Assembly: GCA_036003785.1 (NCBI GenBank)
Contig: DASYSB010000047.1
Coordinates: 18,800 to 82,799, forward strand
Direction of reading: 5' to 3'
Length of the DNA: 64,000 bases
Origin: Nitrososphaera sp.
Lineage (GTDB): Archaea; Thermoproteota; Nitrososphaeria; Nitrososphaerales; Nitrososphaeraceae
Shown piece after piece: positions 63,464 to 64,000 of the stretch. How positions within the stretch are numbered: position 1 is the stretch's first letter; each line of letters begins with the position of its first letter. Position numbers and translations under genes: made by a program. The notes under the pieces are model-generated. The model did no database searches. It worked only from the letters and a program-made list of their open reading frames with translations, and was not told where the DNA came from.

Positions 63464-64000
63464 CTAGCCTACCTCTATTGAAATATAATGGCTTTCGACA
63501 ATGCCTTCAACTTCGAGCAGAACTCCAAAGTTGACTACCGCGCCATCTTGCCATTCAAATATGCGTCCACCGTGCGGGGCAAATTCATGTATAAAACTGT
63601 CAATTGCTGCTTCCACCTGTGGCAGGTCGGACTCCATCCTGTAGGCTGCCTGTGCTTCCTTGAACGCTACTGTCACTGAAATGGCAGTCGGCTTGATAAT
63701 AGTCAACTTGGCGTCGGTGAATGCCTTTTCTAGGTTCTGTCTCATTTTCTCCCTGTCAAGCGCCGTCTGGTTAGCGGCCGACGGCTGACCTGGAGGCGCC
63801 ACGCCGGAAAGCTTTTGTAGATAGTTTTCAAAGGCATATGCCGGGCTATCACCTAGGCCAATGTGGTATGTCCCTTTGGCCGACGCAGCGCCAACGGCGC
63901 CAACCATGCCGATCTGTTTGCCTCCACTATCTACGAAAATAGGTATAAAGTAGACTTCATAATCGCCTACTTTGTAAAGGCTGACCTCTCCAAGCGCTGA
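63464..64000 (-). CDS. C-terminus of a probable UPF0182-family protein (5'-truncated by window edge)
   Basis: Frame is open to the window end (SALGEVSLYKVGDYEVYFIPIFVDSGGKQIGMVGAVGAA...GLGDSPAYAFENYL). Confidence 0.6.
   Translation of the reverse strand, partial: SALGEVSLYKVGDYEVYFIPIFVDSGGKQIGMVGAVGAASAKGTYHIGLGDSPAYAFENYLQKLSGVAPPGQPSAANQTALDREKMRQNLEKAFTDAKLTIIKPTAISVTVAFKEAQAAYRMESDLPQVEAAIDSFIHEFAPHGGRIFEWQDGAVVNFGVLLEVEGIVESHYISIEVG

Overview
Archaeal chromosomal DNA, most consistent with a soil ammonia-oxidising Nitrososphaerales (Thaumarchaeota) genome. Support comes from archaeal rps8e/srp19/gar1/tfb, aCPSF1, purSQL-purF, sucCD, ThiDN, a PEFG-CTERM-type surface protein and MpgS. Three accessory patches interrupt the housekeeping backbone. 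(1) At ~11.9-13.1 kb, a decayed stand-alone cas1 (casposase-like) abuts a methyltransferase stump. (2) At ~25.5-27.7 kb, a patch of zinc-ribbon genes carries a perfect nested palindrome. (3) At 33541-41664, an ~8.1 kb island is bounded by a 22-bp direct repeat of the 3' end of an intron-containing tRNA-Thr(UGU). The island has no recognisable integrase. It carries a compact PolB2 cassette: a Zn-finger gene, two paralogous small helical partner genes, an apparently proofreading-dead PolB2 and DUF72, with a divergent Zn-ribbon/RadA-like gene lacking Walker A. This looks like a mobilised archaeal mutasome/repair module and is the strongest candidate for an interesting system. Manual translation also found many sub-60-aa Zn-finger or membrane microproteins missed by the ORF track (including a paralogous pair), a sensor kinase split by one in-frame TAA, and a pseudoknot-forming ncRNA candidate upstream of mpgS. 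No database searches were run; all family calls come from motif recognition.
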